From positions 320,001-384,000 of the forward strand of contig OZ220089.1 in NCBI GenBank assembly GCA_964291625.2: a DNA stretch of 64,000 nt, written 5' to 3'. The translations under genes were made by a program, and so were the position numbers. Positions 53,632 through 62,253 of this stretch are shown here, in pieces; within the stretch, counting starts at the first letter, position 1, and every line of letters starts with the position of its first letter. The notes below the pieces were generated by a model that did not search any database, had not been told where the DNA came from, and worked only from the letters and a program-made list of their open reading frames with translations. Source of the stretch: Candidatus Latescibacterota bacterium (lineage in GTDB: Bacteria > Latescibacterota > UBA2968 > UBA8231).

Positions 53632-56436
53632 ATGCGGTCCCGGATCTGGATGCTGGTCCTGGCGCTGACGAGCGGCGCCGGTGCGACGGCAGAGGCGGGC
53701 GAGCCCCGTCTGGGGCTCGCCCAGGACGTCTCGGGCCGGTCCTTCCTCTACCAATCGGATCCTGCCTACCAGAACTACGGGTTCGAGGACTACACACTTC
53801 CGGAGTTCACGAGCTTCGCACGGCGCAACTACTACGGCCCCCTGGGCAACTTCCTGATCGAGGGCTACGACGTGTACGAGTGGCGGGAGACGCGGGCGTC
53901 CTCGACCACGGCCTGGCACAAGTCGTTGCGCACCATCCCCCGCTGGGGGCGCTTCGAGCGCAACCTGGTAGCCCGGGAGTCTCACTCCCGGTGGGCGGCG
54001 AGCCTGATCTACGGGGAGGAGATCCGCACCCTCTTCACGCCGTTGACGCTGGCCCTGCCGGGATACGACGGCATCCGCCTGGACACCCAGGTGGGCAACA
54101 CCCGGGTGGCCGTCATCGGACAGCGCTACACCGGCCACTTCGCCGCCGGCCGCTACGGCGATGGTCCGGTCTGGACCGACTGGGACTTCACCGAGCACAG
54201 GCGGAGTTCGCTCATGCTCCTGGGGGCTCACGGCGACGTCGAGCTGGGAGCGCTGACCCTGGGAGCCACGGGGGTGAACTTCCACATCTTCGACGCCGAG
54301 CAGGAGAGCTTCGATCTGCGCGGCGGGCTGCAGGCCGAGCAGGTGCTGCCGGTGGCCTACCTGGTGCGGTTCTCCGATGATTCGCCGGAGGACCTGCAGG
54401 CCGGCGCCCTGGTATCGGAGGTCCGTCTGAAGATCAACGGCGAGGACCGGCCGGACCTGCGGCCCTTCCTGGCCCGGATCGACGGCCGGAATCCAACGGC
54501 GGTGGGCACCACCAACCGGCTCACGGGTCAGTTCCGGCGGGCGGTCTACCTCGACCGGGACACGCGCTTCGCGGACCTGCTCTACCTGCGCGATCACCTG
54601 CGGGGCGAAGACGTGTCGGACAAGGTCAACCTGGAGGAGCTGCTGCGCTGGGTGCAGGTCCTGCCCGACGTTCCGGGCCATCGCGCCGACGGCCACGACC
54701 AGATCATCGCGATGTTCGACGTGAGCCAGGAGCCCTTCGTCCGCCAGGTGCAGGTGGAGGCGCTGGTGGGCAACGACTACCGGGTCGAGGTGCTGCCGCT
54801 GTTCGTCTCGGCGCCGGCGGTGGAGGAGTACGAGTTCCACTACCGTGTCGGCGGCAACACCCTGGTTCCCGGGCAGGGCTACTTCGTGGAAAGGGAGACG
54901 CCGGGGGTGACCGCCGCCCGCCGGTCCCGGGGCAACGTGCAGGACATGTCGAACCTGGAGTGGGTGCGCCTGGACCTGGGGGAGTGGACCGGCCGCGCCC
55001 TGTGGGGGCTCAACGGGTCCTGGGAGTGGGGCGACGCCGAGGTGCGCTGGGAGTACGCCCGCAGCGTGGAGTTTCGGGAGTTCCCCGACGGCCGGCCGGG
55101 GTATCGCGAGGACCGGGAGGTGAGGGGCATTCGCCGCTGGAACGGGGCGCGCAGCAGCACGGACGCGGGCGCGTACTACGTGAACGGGCGCTGGCGCCGG
55201 GGCCGGGTGGAGGCAGGGGGGGAGCTGTTCTCGATCGCCGAGGAGTACGACAGCGGCTTCGTGCAGGACAACGACGACGACGACCGCTATCCCGACATCG
55301 GCCCCGGACATCGCCCCATGAGCGCTGACACGGGCACGCCCTTCGACCCGGACGGGGTGTTCCCGGGCAACGACCGGGACAACGACCGGATTCCGGACAC
55401 CAACCGCAACGGCAACCGGGTACCCGACTACCTGGAGGCGTTCCTGCTGTACGACGTGGAGCCGGAAGAGTATGCCTATGGCCGGGACGCCAACAACAAC
55501 GGGATCGCCGACCACCGCGAGGACGACCTGGATTCGGACTACCCCTACGAGGTGGACCAGCGCGGCCACCACGTCTTCGGGACGCTGCATCTGCCGGGCG
55601 GCTTCGGTCTCACGTCGGGCCGTCTGCAGGCGGAGGGGATCGTCAGCGGCGGCCGCAACGAGAGCACCTACGGCGTGGTCACCTTCCGCCGCCACAACCC
55701 CCGGTGGGGCTCGGTCTGGGCCGAGACCCGCCTCCGGCGGCTCCATGACGACATCGTCGACAACTACGTCGTCTTCGACGAGACATGGGGCCGCTATCCC
55801 AACCGGGAGCGGACTTACGCCCCCACCAGGCTCCTGGATCTGCTCGAGTACCGGGACAGCCTGGACCGGCAGCACTACGTCGAGGCCGATCTGACCGCCT
55901 CCCCCGGTCTCCGTCTCAGCGGCAACCTGCGCCATGCGGTCAACGAGCAGCAGGAGGCGACCCTGGCCGACGGCAGCGACCAGGCCGCCGACACCATCAC
56001 CCGCCTGACGATGGTGGCCCGGGCCGAGTACGTGCTGGAGCTGTCGGACCGCTGGCGGGTGATCGCCCAGGCCAAAGGGTTGCGGCTGCGCCGGACCCGG
56101 CAGAGCCTGGCCGTGGACCTGGCAGACGAGTGGACCTTCGTACCGATCCTCAAGGCCTCCTGTCACATCACACCGCGCACCCACCTGTGGCTCGGCACCC
56201 AGGGACTGCCGGGACTGCCCTTGCGAAAGGAGGACCTGGCCGACGGCCGCGACAGCTACGAGGAGGTGGTGCGGGTGGTGCAGCTGACGAACTGGGCGCC
56301 CTACTTCGGGTACAACATCGCCACCAACCTGGGCGTCAAGTGGAGCCGGCGCCAGTACGGAGATCCCGCGCGGGACAGGGACAACGTCGACATCACCTCC
56401 GCCTTCATGCGCGTCATCCTGGGCTTCGACGAGTAG
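53632..56436 (+). CDS. Uncharacterised ~930-aa secreted/outer-membrane protein, paralog B (near-identical inverted copy of 40363-43173)
   Basis: Start MRSRIWMLVLALTSGAGATAEA; collinear with paralog A over its whole length and ends ...RVILGFDE. Confidence 0.85.
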   Translation: MRSRIWMLVLALTSGAGATAEAGEPRLGLAQDVSGRSFLYQSDPAYQNYGFEDYTLPEFTSFARRNYYGPLGNFLIEGYDVYEWRETRASSTTAWHKSLRTIPRWGRFERNLVARESHSRWAASLIYGEEIRTLFTPLTLALPGYDGIRLDTQVGNTRVAVIGQRYTGHFAAGRYGDGPVWTDWDFTEHRRSSLMLLGAHGDVELGALTLGATGVNFHIFDAEQESFDLRGGLQAEQVLPVAYLVRFSDDSPEDLQAGALVSEVRLKINGEDRPDLRPFLARIDGRNPTAVGTTNRLTGQFRRAVYLDRDTRFADLLYLRDHLRGEDVSDKVNLEELLRWVQVLPDVPGHRADGHDQIIAMFDVSQEPFVRQVQVEALVGNDYRVEVLPLFVSAPAVEEYEFHYRVGGNTLVPGQGYFVERETPGVTAARRSRGNVQDMSNLEWVRLDLGEWTGRALWGLNGSWEWGDAEVRWEYARSVEFREFPDGRPGYREDREVRGIRRWNGARSSTDAGAYYVNGRWRRGRVEAGGELFSIAEEYDSGFVQDNDDDDRYPDIGPGHRPMSADTGTPFDPDGVFPGNDRDNDRIPDTNRNGNRVPDYLEAFLLYDVEPEEYAYGRDANNNGIADHREDDLDSDYPYEVDQRGHHVFGTLHLPGGFGLTSGRLQAEGIVSGGRNESTYGVVTFRRHNPRWGSVWAETRLRRLHDDIVDNYVVFDETWGRYPNRERTYAPTRLLDLLEYRDSLDRQHYVEADLTASPGLRLSGNLRHAVNEQQEATLADGSDQAADTITRLTMVARAEYVLELSDRWRVIAQAKGLRLRRTRQSLAVDLADEWTFVPILKASCHITPRTHLWLGTQGLPGLPLRKEDLADGRDSYEEVVRVVQLTNWAPYFGYNIATNLGVKWSRRQYGDPARDRDNVDITSAFMRVILGFDE

Positions 56437-56438
56437 GC

Positions 56439-58448
56439 CTACAACCCGGAGAAATAGCTCAGATCCAGGTGCGGGTCCTCCATGTACCCCGCCACGTGGG
56501 CGAGATCCGAGAAGAACAAGTGCTGGTGGTCCTTTCGGAACTGCACCAGCTCTCGCAGGGCCTCCCTCGCTTCGTGCACCCGCTCCTCGGGCACCTCCCT
56601 GCTCCCGTCGTGGAGGGCGGTGAAGGCGGTCGTCAGGAGGGCGTGCTCCAGACCCACCTGGAGGAACCTGACTCGATCGGCGAACTCCGGACGGGGGCTC
56701 GCGGCCGCCTCTCCAAGCGCCTGCCCCAGGATGGGGACGGCCGGCTCGAGTATCTCCGGGGGGAAGGCATCGTGGGCCTGGAGGGGGTACTTGGCGTACC
56801 GGCGCACCTCCAGATCCTGGATGAAGTTCAGGGTGTTCTCCACCGCATAGCCCTCCCAGTAGTCGAAGTAGCGCCCGACGCTCTCCGCCGCGGGGCCGAA
56901 GGCCGAGAGGTACTCCTGGCGAATCGCCTCGATCTCCAGTTCCGGATCGCTGTTCAACCGCAGGTGCATGTAGAGCCGGGGCCCGTGCACCGCCCACTGG
57001 CCGGTGTTCATGTCGAAGTCGGTGCCTTCCATTCCGTTCTCGTAGGCGAACTTGAAGAAGGCCCCGGACTGGCGGGTCTCGAAGTGGGGCAACACGTAGC
57101 CGTCGAGGAGGTAGTTGGGCCTGTACCCCATCCTCATGCCCGTCTTCTTCCAGCCGAGCCACTGCTCCTTCATCCACTCGAAGGCCGCCGTGGGCATTGG
57201 GAAGTAGCGCAGGTGAGGGTCCCGCCACTGGACGAACTCACCGTAGTAGCTCGGGCCGAGATGGACATCGTTGACCGGTGCGGTGAACTCGTTCTCGTAG
57301 AGGGACATGACGAAGATCCGCACGTCCGGATTCCGCCTCGCCGCCTTCTCCCGGATCACCTGCCAGAATCGGACGTAGCGGTCGGAGGTCTGGCCGTAGA
57401 AGACCTGCCGGTCGTGGTCGTCCTCGTACATGAGCCTGGCAAACCATGGCGGCCGATCCGGCTGGGGGCTGTCCCAGGCCCGGCAGGGGGCGCACGTGCA
57501 CCGGCCCGGCCGGTCCACCGGCCTCACGACGAGGCCCCTCTCCCCGTCCCATTGCTCGACGATGTGGTCCTGCAACTCCTCGTTGGTCACACACAGGGAT
57601 ACAAACGGATGGGGCCTGCCCGGTTTCGGATTCCCCCGCCTCCCGTCCCGCGTGAGGACGAACCACTCCGGGTGTTTCTCGCCGTACTCATTCCAGCTGA
57701 TCGCCTTGTGATCCCCCCGGGGGTGCGCGTCCCTGCCGCCCAGCCGGTGTCTCCGGTAGAGCACCCTGAGCGCCTTGTCGTAGTCGAGGGCGACCCCTGG
57801 CGAGAACCCCAATCGCGCCCTGGCGCTGCCCTCCCAGAAGTCGTGGGGAGGAATCCTCATGTGACGGAAGAGGAGGGCCGGCCGCTCCATCCGCCTGACG
57901 GCCGGAATCAGTATCGTCGCCGTCCCGGGCACGTAGGTTCCCAGATCGCCGGGCCACAACCATCTCACGCCCACGAACTCCTCCAGGAACTCGTAGACGC
58001 CGAAGAGGGTGCCCACGTCCGGATTGTCCAGCACCAGGGGGTCGGCGTCACTCTCCCTTCCCAGGATGTAGAGATCGTTGCCCACGGAGCGCATGACGAA
58101 GGTCTCCCTGGGCAGGCGTTCCACGTCGATCCCCTGGCGCAGGGCGGATTCCGTCTCCCCCACGTAGATGCGGGTGTTGACGTCCTCGGGCGTCTCTGAT
58201 TCGGGTACGACATCCAGGGTGACGCCGGTGGCGAGCCGCACGTGCTCCACCAGCTCCTCCACGGCATAGGCCGCCGTCCTCGTGGGCCTCTCGGCCGTGG
58301 CCACCACGGACCGCGGTTCCCCGTCCACCACCACCGTGACCTGCGCCCCGGCCGCCGCGGGCAGGATGGCCGCGCCGGCCAGCACCAGAGCCGTTGTGAG
58401 GCGACTGGCGGTATGGATCCCGCCGATATTGAAGATCGATCGGATCAT
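56439..58448 (-). CDS. DUF4838-domain secreted protein (putative glycoside-hydrolase-like)
   Basis: AAGGAG RBS; signal peptide; GTLFGVYEFLEEFVGVRWLWPG, HPEWF, LCVTN, CTCAPC, SDRYVRFW, YLSAFGPAA. Confidence 0.8.
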   Translation of the reverse strand: MIRSIFNIGGIHTASRLTTALVLAGAAILPAAAGAQVTVVVDGEPRSVVATAERPTRTAAYAVEELVEHVRLATGVTLDVVPESETPEDVNTRIYVGETESALRQGIDVERLPRETFVMRSVGNDLYILGRESDADPLVLDNPDVGTLFGVYEFLEEFVGVRWLWPGDLGTYVPGTATILIPAVRRMERPALLFRHMRIPPHDFWEGSARARLGFSPGVALDYDKALRVLYRRHRLGGRDAHPRGDHKAISWNEYGEKHPEWFVLTRDGRRGNPKPGRPHPFVSLCVTNEELQDHIVEQWDGERGLVVRPVDRPGRCTCAPCRAWDSPQPDRPPWFARLMYEDDHDRQVFYGQTSDRYVRFWQVIREKAARRNPDVRIFVMSLYENEFTAPVNDVHLGPSYYGEFVQWRDPHLRYFPMPTAAFEWMKEQWLGWKKTGMRMGYRPNYLLDGYVLPHFETRQSGAFFKFAYENGMEGTDFDMNTGQWAVHGPRLYMHLRLNSDPELEIEAIRQEYLSAFGPAAESVGRYFDYWEGYAVENTLNFIQDLEVRRYAKYPLQAHDAFPPEILEPAVPILGQALGEAAASPRPEFADRVRFLQVGLEHALLTTAFTALHDGSREVPEERVHEAREALRELVQFRKDHQHLFFSDLAHVAGYMEDPHLDLSYFSGL

Positions 58449-58506
58449 GGGATGGCTCTCCTTGTGCGACGGCGACGGGGATGCGGCCCCGGCCAGGCTG
58501 GCACCC

Positions 58507-60459
58507 TCAACGGACGCCGATGTATACGACATTCCCGGTCTCCCCCAGGACGGCGTCCACCACCATCCACACGGCGCCGCCCATGAGCTGTCCGGCCACG
58601 AAGCCGAGGAAGACCGGCTTCATGAACTGATAGCCAACGCTTCCCCAGAACCTGAAGATGACGGCCTTCATCAGCCAGCCGAGGAAGACGGAGAACCAGG
58701 CCCATCCCATCACCCAGCTGTCGCCTATGGGCAGGCCGATGTAGTGCAGGGGCCACCAGGGGAGCCGGTGGTTCAGGTAGATGAGCAGCCCCATGACCCC
58801 GCCGCCGACCGCCGTGAAGAGAAGGCGCGGATGTACGGTCTCCCACCCGATCGGGTTGAGCAGCTTGTCCGTCAGGAACCGGTAGGCGATGGAGGGCACG
58901 CCGAACTGCCGGAGGTTGATACCGCCGTAGGTGTAGTTGAGGTGCAGGGTGATCCACGTGGCTCCGGCCATGCTGACGACGATGGCGATGAGAATCGCCC
59001 AGAACAGGCGCCGCGGATGCCGGCACGCCGACAGGCGGCCCGTGTGGGCGAGCTTGAGCCCGTTGGCAGCGGAGGCCATCACCGTCGTTCGCATCTCCCC
59101 CGCCCACGAATAGCTCAGGCTCAGGCTGGCCAGGCCCTTCCAGCCGATGAGCTCCGTCCCCAGGGTGTAGACCGCGAAGGGCTGGGGCACCATGGTGGAG
59201 GCCGTGAAGCCTACCCCTCCCTGGGCGATGACCCGGGTGACGCCCACGAAGATCGTGAGGACAGCCAGGAGGAAGACGATGGCGGCCAGGGGAGGCATCC
59301 CGCTCAGCAGCAGCCAGGCGAAGTAGAAGACGGCGCAGGCGATCCAGAGCCAGACCGCGGCCCGATAGGACAGGATCTCGTCAGCGTCGGCCGCGTCCCT
59401 GCGCCACCGGAAGGCCGCCCCCAGGACGCGCGCGAGGTGCCCGCGGGCCGTCCACAGGATCGCCACCACCAGCACGATGATCGCCCCCATGCCCTGATGG
59501 GACAGGGCGGGAGAGGAACCGGTCAGCGACTCGTGCCGGCCGGGGAGCTCGTAGCCCACGACGTGGAAGATGCCGGTCTGGCAACGGCCCAGGAGGTGGA
59601 AGAACCACACCGAGAACGCGACCTGCAGGTTGAGGAAGTAGCTGAGGCCGATGATCGCGAAATTGACGAAGATCCGCAGCCGCACGCTGTTGCGGAACAG
59701 TGGGATCGGGTCGAGATAGGTCTCGACCTCCGGGATGAAGAAGTGGTAGTGGTGCAGACCGCGGAGCATCTGCAATGCGAAGGGAAAGGCGAAGCCGGCC
59801 CACAGGAGCCGGCTCCTGAAGAGGGGCGGCAGCACATGGTCGTCGACGCCGCGGAGCATCTCGAGGGGAAGCTGGGTCAGGGGGAAGACCAGCCGCTCCT
59901 GTTCCACCCATGGGCGGCGCAGGATGACCATGGTGCAGACCATGAGGAGGAAGACGGCGAGCATGGAGCTCCCCCACGCCAGCATGGGGACGGCCCACTC
60001 GCTCCACGGAACCCCCTGGCCCGCCGGGAGCCCCTCGTAGAAGTAGCGGGACACTTCGGGGTTTCGAGGTGCCAGCCAGCCCGGTATGAGGGGATGGACC
60101 AGGTCGACCCAGCCGTTCTCGGCGGTGGCGTAGTAGAAGGGGCGGGTGAGTATGTGGAACAGGTTGGTCACCAGCCCCCAGGTCGGAACGGCGCAGGCCA
60201 CGACCATCATGACGAAGACCACGATGAGCTCGATGCTGCTCAGTCCCCAGCCGCTGCGGATGATCTTCAGGAGAGGGTTGATGAGCCCCACGAGCACCAG
60301 GAAGAGCATCATGGCGCCGGCGGCGATGTAGTCCGAAGTCAAGCCCGCGTTCTGCAGAATGAGGACGCTGTACGGACAGGCGAGGTTGATCGCCAGGGCC
60401 AGCAACGCCCCGATGGCGATGGCCCGGAGTGTCACATCGTGATGCGGGCCCGGGGGCAT
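58507..60459 (-). CDS. DUF6785/DUF6784-like polytopic membrane protein (putative transporter)
   Basis: VTLRAIAIG, ELIVVFVM, ILRRPWVEQERLVFPL, WWPLHYIG, KPVFLGFVAG; many TM segments. Alternative start at 60501. Confidence 0.75.
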   Translation of the reverse strand: MPPGPHHDVTLRAIAIGALLALAINLACPYSVLILQNAGLTSDYIAAGAMMLFLVLVGLINPLLKIIRSGWGLSSIELIVVFVMMVVACAVPTWGLVTNLFHILTRPFYYATAENGWVDLVHPLIPGWLAPRNPEVSRYFYEGLPAGQGVPWSEWAVPMLAWGSSMLAVFLLMVCTMVILRRPWVEQERLVFPLTQLPLEMLRGVDDHVLPPLFRSRLLWAGFAFPFALQMLRGLHHYHFFIPEVETYLDPIPLFRNSVRLRIFVNFAIIGLSYFLNLQVAFSVWFFHLLGRCQTGIFHVVGYELPGRHESLTGSSPALSHQGMGAIIVLVVAILWTARGHLARVLGAAFRWRRDAADADEILSYRAAVWLWIACAVFYFAWLLLSGMPPLAAIVFLLAVLTIFVGVTRVIAQGGVGFTASTMVPQPFAVYTLGTELIGWKGLASLSLSYSWAGEMRTTVMASAANGLKLAHTGRLSACRHPRRLFWAILIAIVVSMAGATWITLHLNYTYGGINLRQFGVPSIAYRFLTDKLLNPIGWETVHPRLLFTAVGGGVMGLLIYLNHRLPWWPLHYIGLPIGDSWVMGWAWFSVFLGWLMKAVIFRFWGSVGYQFMKPVFLGFVAGQLMGGAVWMVVDAVLGETGNVVYIGVR

Positions 60460-60757
60460 GGGCTCGGCCTTCCGGGGGCTTGCCCGGGCGGGGGTGGGCA
60501 TCGGGTGCGGCCTGGGTTGTGCCGGGGAGGGCTGAACCTACGGGAGGCGCCCAGGCGCGACAACCGACCTGACCGTGTCCCCATGGTGACAGGCGTCCTG
60601 CCGGCAAGCGGGGCGGCCTCTGCCGAAGCTGCGACCTCCCGCCTCGAGGCTCCACCCCTTCAAGCCGCGCCTTGCCCCCTGCTCGCGGTCCCCGCTAACT
60701 TGCCAACATCCACGCAGATGCGGCCCTCGGGCTGCCAGCCACGCGGTGGGAGGCACG

Positions 60758-62191
60758 ATGACGACGATCCGGCTCCTCGCGGCCACCGGGCTCATACTGG
60801 CGGCCTTGACGCGCACCATGGCACAAACCGACGACCAGCTCATCCAGGAGATCATTCGCACCACCGCCCCGCTGGAGCAGCCTCGGGGCGAGCGCCTGCC
60901 CCTGTACCTGTGGCCGGCTCACGACCTGGGCACCGACGACGACGCGGAAGTGGAGACCCTGCTGCGGCAGCTGGAGGCGCGGGGCATCGCCGCCATCGCC
61001 AACTGGCGTCCCGACAACGCCGAGGCCCTTGACAAGGCCCTGCGCCTGGGCTCGATCCAGAAACGCCTGGGACTGCCGATCACCGTCAACGCCACCTCGT
61101 GCACCTACTCCTTCTTCAACGGCGACGAGGCGACCGCGCACGTGGACGTCGACGGCCAGCCCTTCTTCGATCCCTCCTTCGGCCCCCAACACATGGGGTG
61201 TCCCTTCGCCGTGGACTCGCGCACCACCGAGATGCGCCGCCGCATCGCCGAGCCCGTGGCGGCGTACGACGAGGCCGGTCTCGACATCCACATGGTCTTC
61301 GCCGACTGGGAGATCGACGGCCCCATCGAGTGGAACGAGGGCTGGGACCACTCGCGCCGCTGCATGCGCTGCCGGGCCCGCATCCCCGAGATCGACGACT
61401 TCAGCGCCTTCCAGGGCGCCCTCCGGCGGCAGCGCAGCTACCTGCAGCGGCACATGCTCGCCGAGCCCGTGCTGGCGCGCTTCCCCCGCGCCCTGGTGGG
61501 CAACTACGCCGTCTATCCCCACAACGGCTACCGCTACTGGTTCGACTACTTCGAGAAGCACACCCCGGGCACACCCCATCAGAGGGAAGGCGGCGCCCGC
61601 TACCGCCAGTGGTACCAGGAGTTCGACGGCACGGGCTACACCTTCGCCATGCCGGTGGTCTACACCTGGCAGGACATCTACGGCTGGTACGACTTCGACG
61701 TGCCCGACTACCGCTGGTTCTACAACATGCTGCTGGTGGGCAGCAACGCCGGGAAGGCGACGCCGGCCCACATCCCGCTGATCACCTTCGTCCACTGGCA
61801 CACGGTGATCCTCTCCGATCCCCCGCCGGACCACCCCCAGTTCGGCGAGGAGAAGTACCGCGAGCTGCTCTGGCACCTGCTGCTGCGCGGCCACGACGCG
61901 CTGTTCATGTGGAGTCCGCAAGACCAGGCCCTCAAGGAATCCCAGCTCGCCCACCGGGTGTACGCGGAATCCCACGAGTACCGGGACTTCCTGGCCCATG
62001 GCACGCCGGTCTCCTTCACGGTACCGAAGCAGCCGGGGCCCGTGGTCTCGGCCCTGCGGTGGGACGACCGCGTGCTGGTGCGGCGCACCGACTTCACCGA
62101 CACGGACGCCGTGGTGGAGCTCGAAGTCGACGGCCGGACCCTCGGCGTGCCGCGGCTCGAAGGAAGCTGCCGGATCATGGCGCTGGACTGA
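60758..62191 (+). CDS. Secreted hypothetical protein, possibly a TIM-barrel glycoside-hydrolase-like enzyme
   Basis: GGAGG RBS; signal peptide; VFADWEIDGP, CMRC, YTFAMPVVY, RELLWHLLLRGHDALFMW. Confidence 0.7.
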   Translation: MTTIRLLAATGLILAALTRTMAQTDDQLIQEIIRTTAPLEQPRGERLPLYLWPAHDLGTDDDAEVETLLRQLEARGIAAIANWRPDNAEALDKALRLGSIQKRLGLPITVNATSCTYSFFNGDEATAHVDVDGQPFFDPSFGPQHMGCPFAVDSRTTEMRRRIAEPVAAYDEAGLDIHMVFADWEIDGPIEWNEGWDHSRRCMRCRARIPEIDDFSAFQGALRRQRSYLQRHMLAEPVLARFPRALVGNYAVYPHNGYRYWFDYFEKHTPGTPHQREGGARYRQWYQEFDGTGYTFAMPVVYTWQDIYGWYDFDVPDYRWFYNMLLVGSNAGKATPAHIPLITFVHWHTVILSDPPPDHPQFGEEKYRELLWHLLLRGHDALFMWSPQDQALKESQLAHRVYAESHEYRDFLAHGTPVSFTVPKQPGPVVSALRWDDRVLVRRTDFTDTDAVVELEVDGRTLGVPRLEGSCRIMALD

Positions 62192-62253
62192 GCGGTCCCT
62201 TGGCGCTCGGCAGGTCCTCCCGGCGCCTGATCGCCGTGGAGGACGAGGTCCCG

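Larger units (their letters stand above)
40363..56436. repeat. Long inverted repeat formed by paralogs A (40363-~43085) and B (~53710-56436)
   Basis: For example, 53983-54134 is the exact reverse complement of 42662-42813 (152 bp), and ~55135-55283 matches ~41515-41663. Confidence 0.9.

Noticed and set aside
36061-55225. G7/C7 homopolymers (about 36063-36070, 41574-41580, 55216-55222) as phase-variation tracts
   Set aside because: They are short (7-8 nt), in frame, and expected by chance at this GC content.
33681-56436. Diversity-generating retroelement (FGE-fold target plus near-identical repeats)
   Set aside because: No reverse transcriptase or template repeat is seen, and the A/B differences I compared are not adenine-specific and include an indel.
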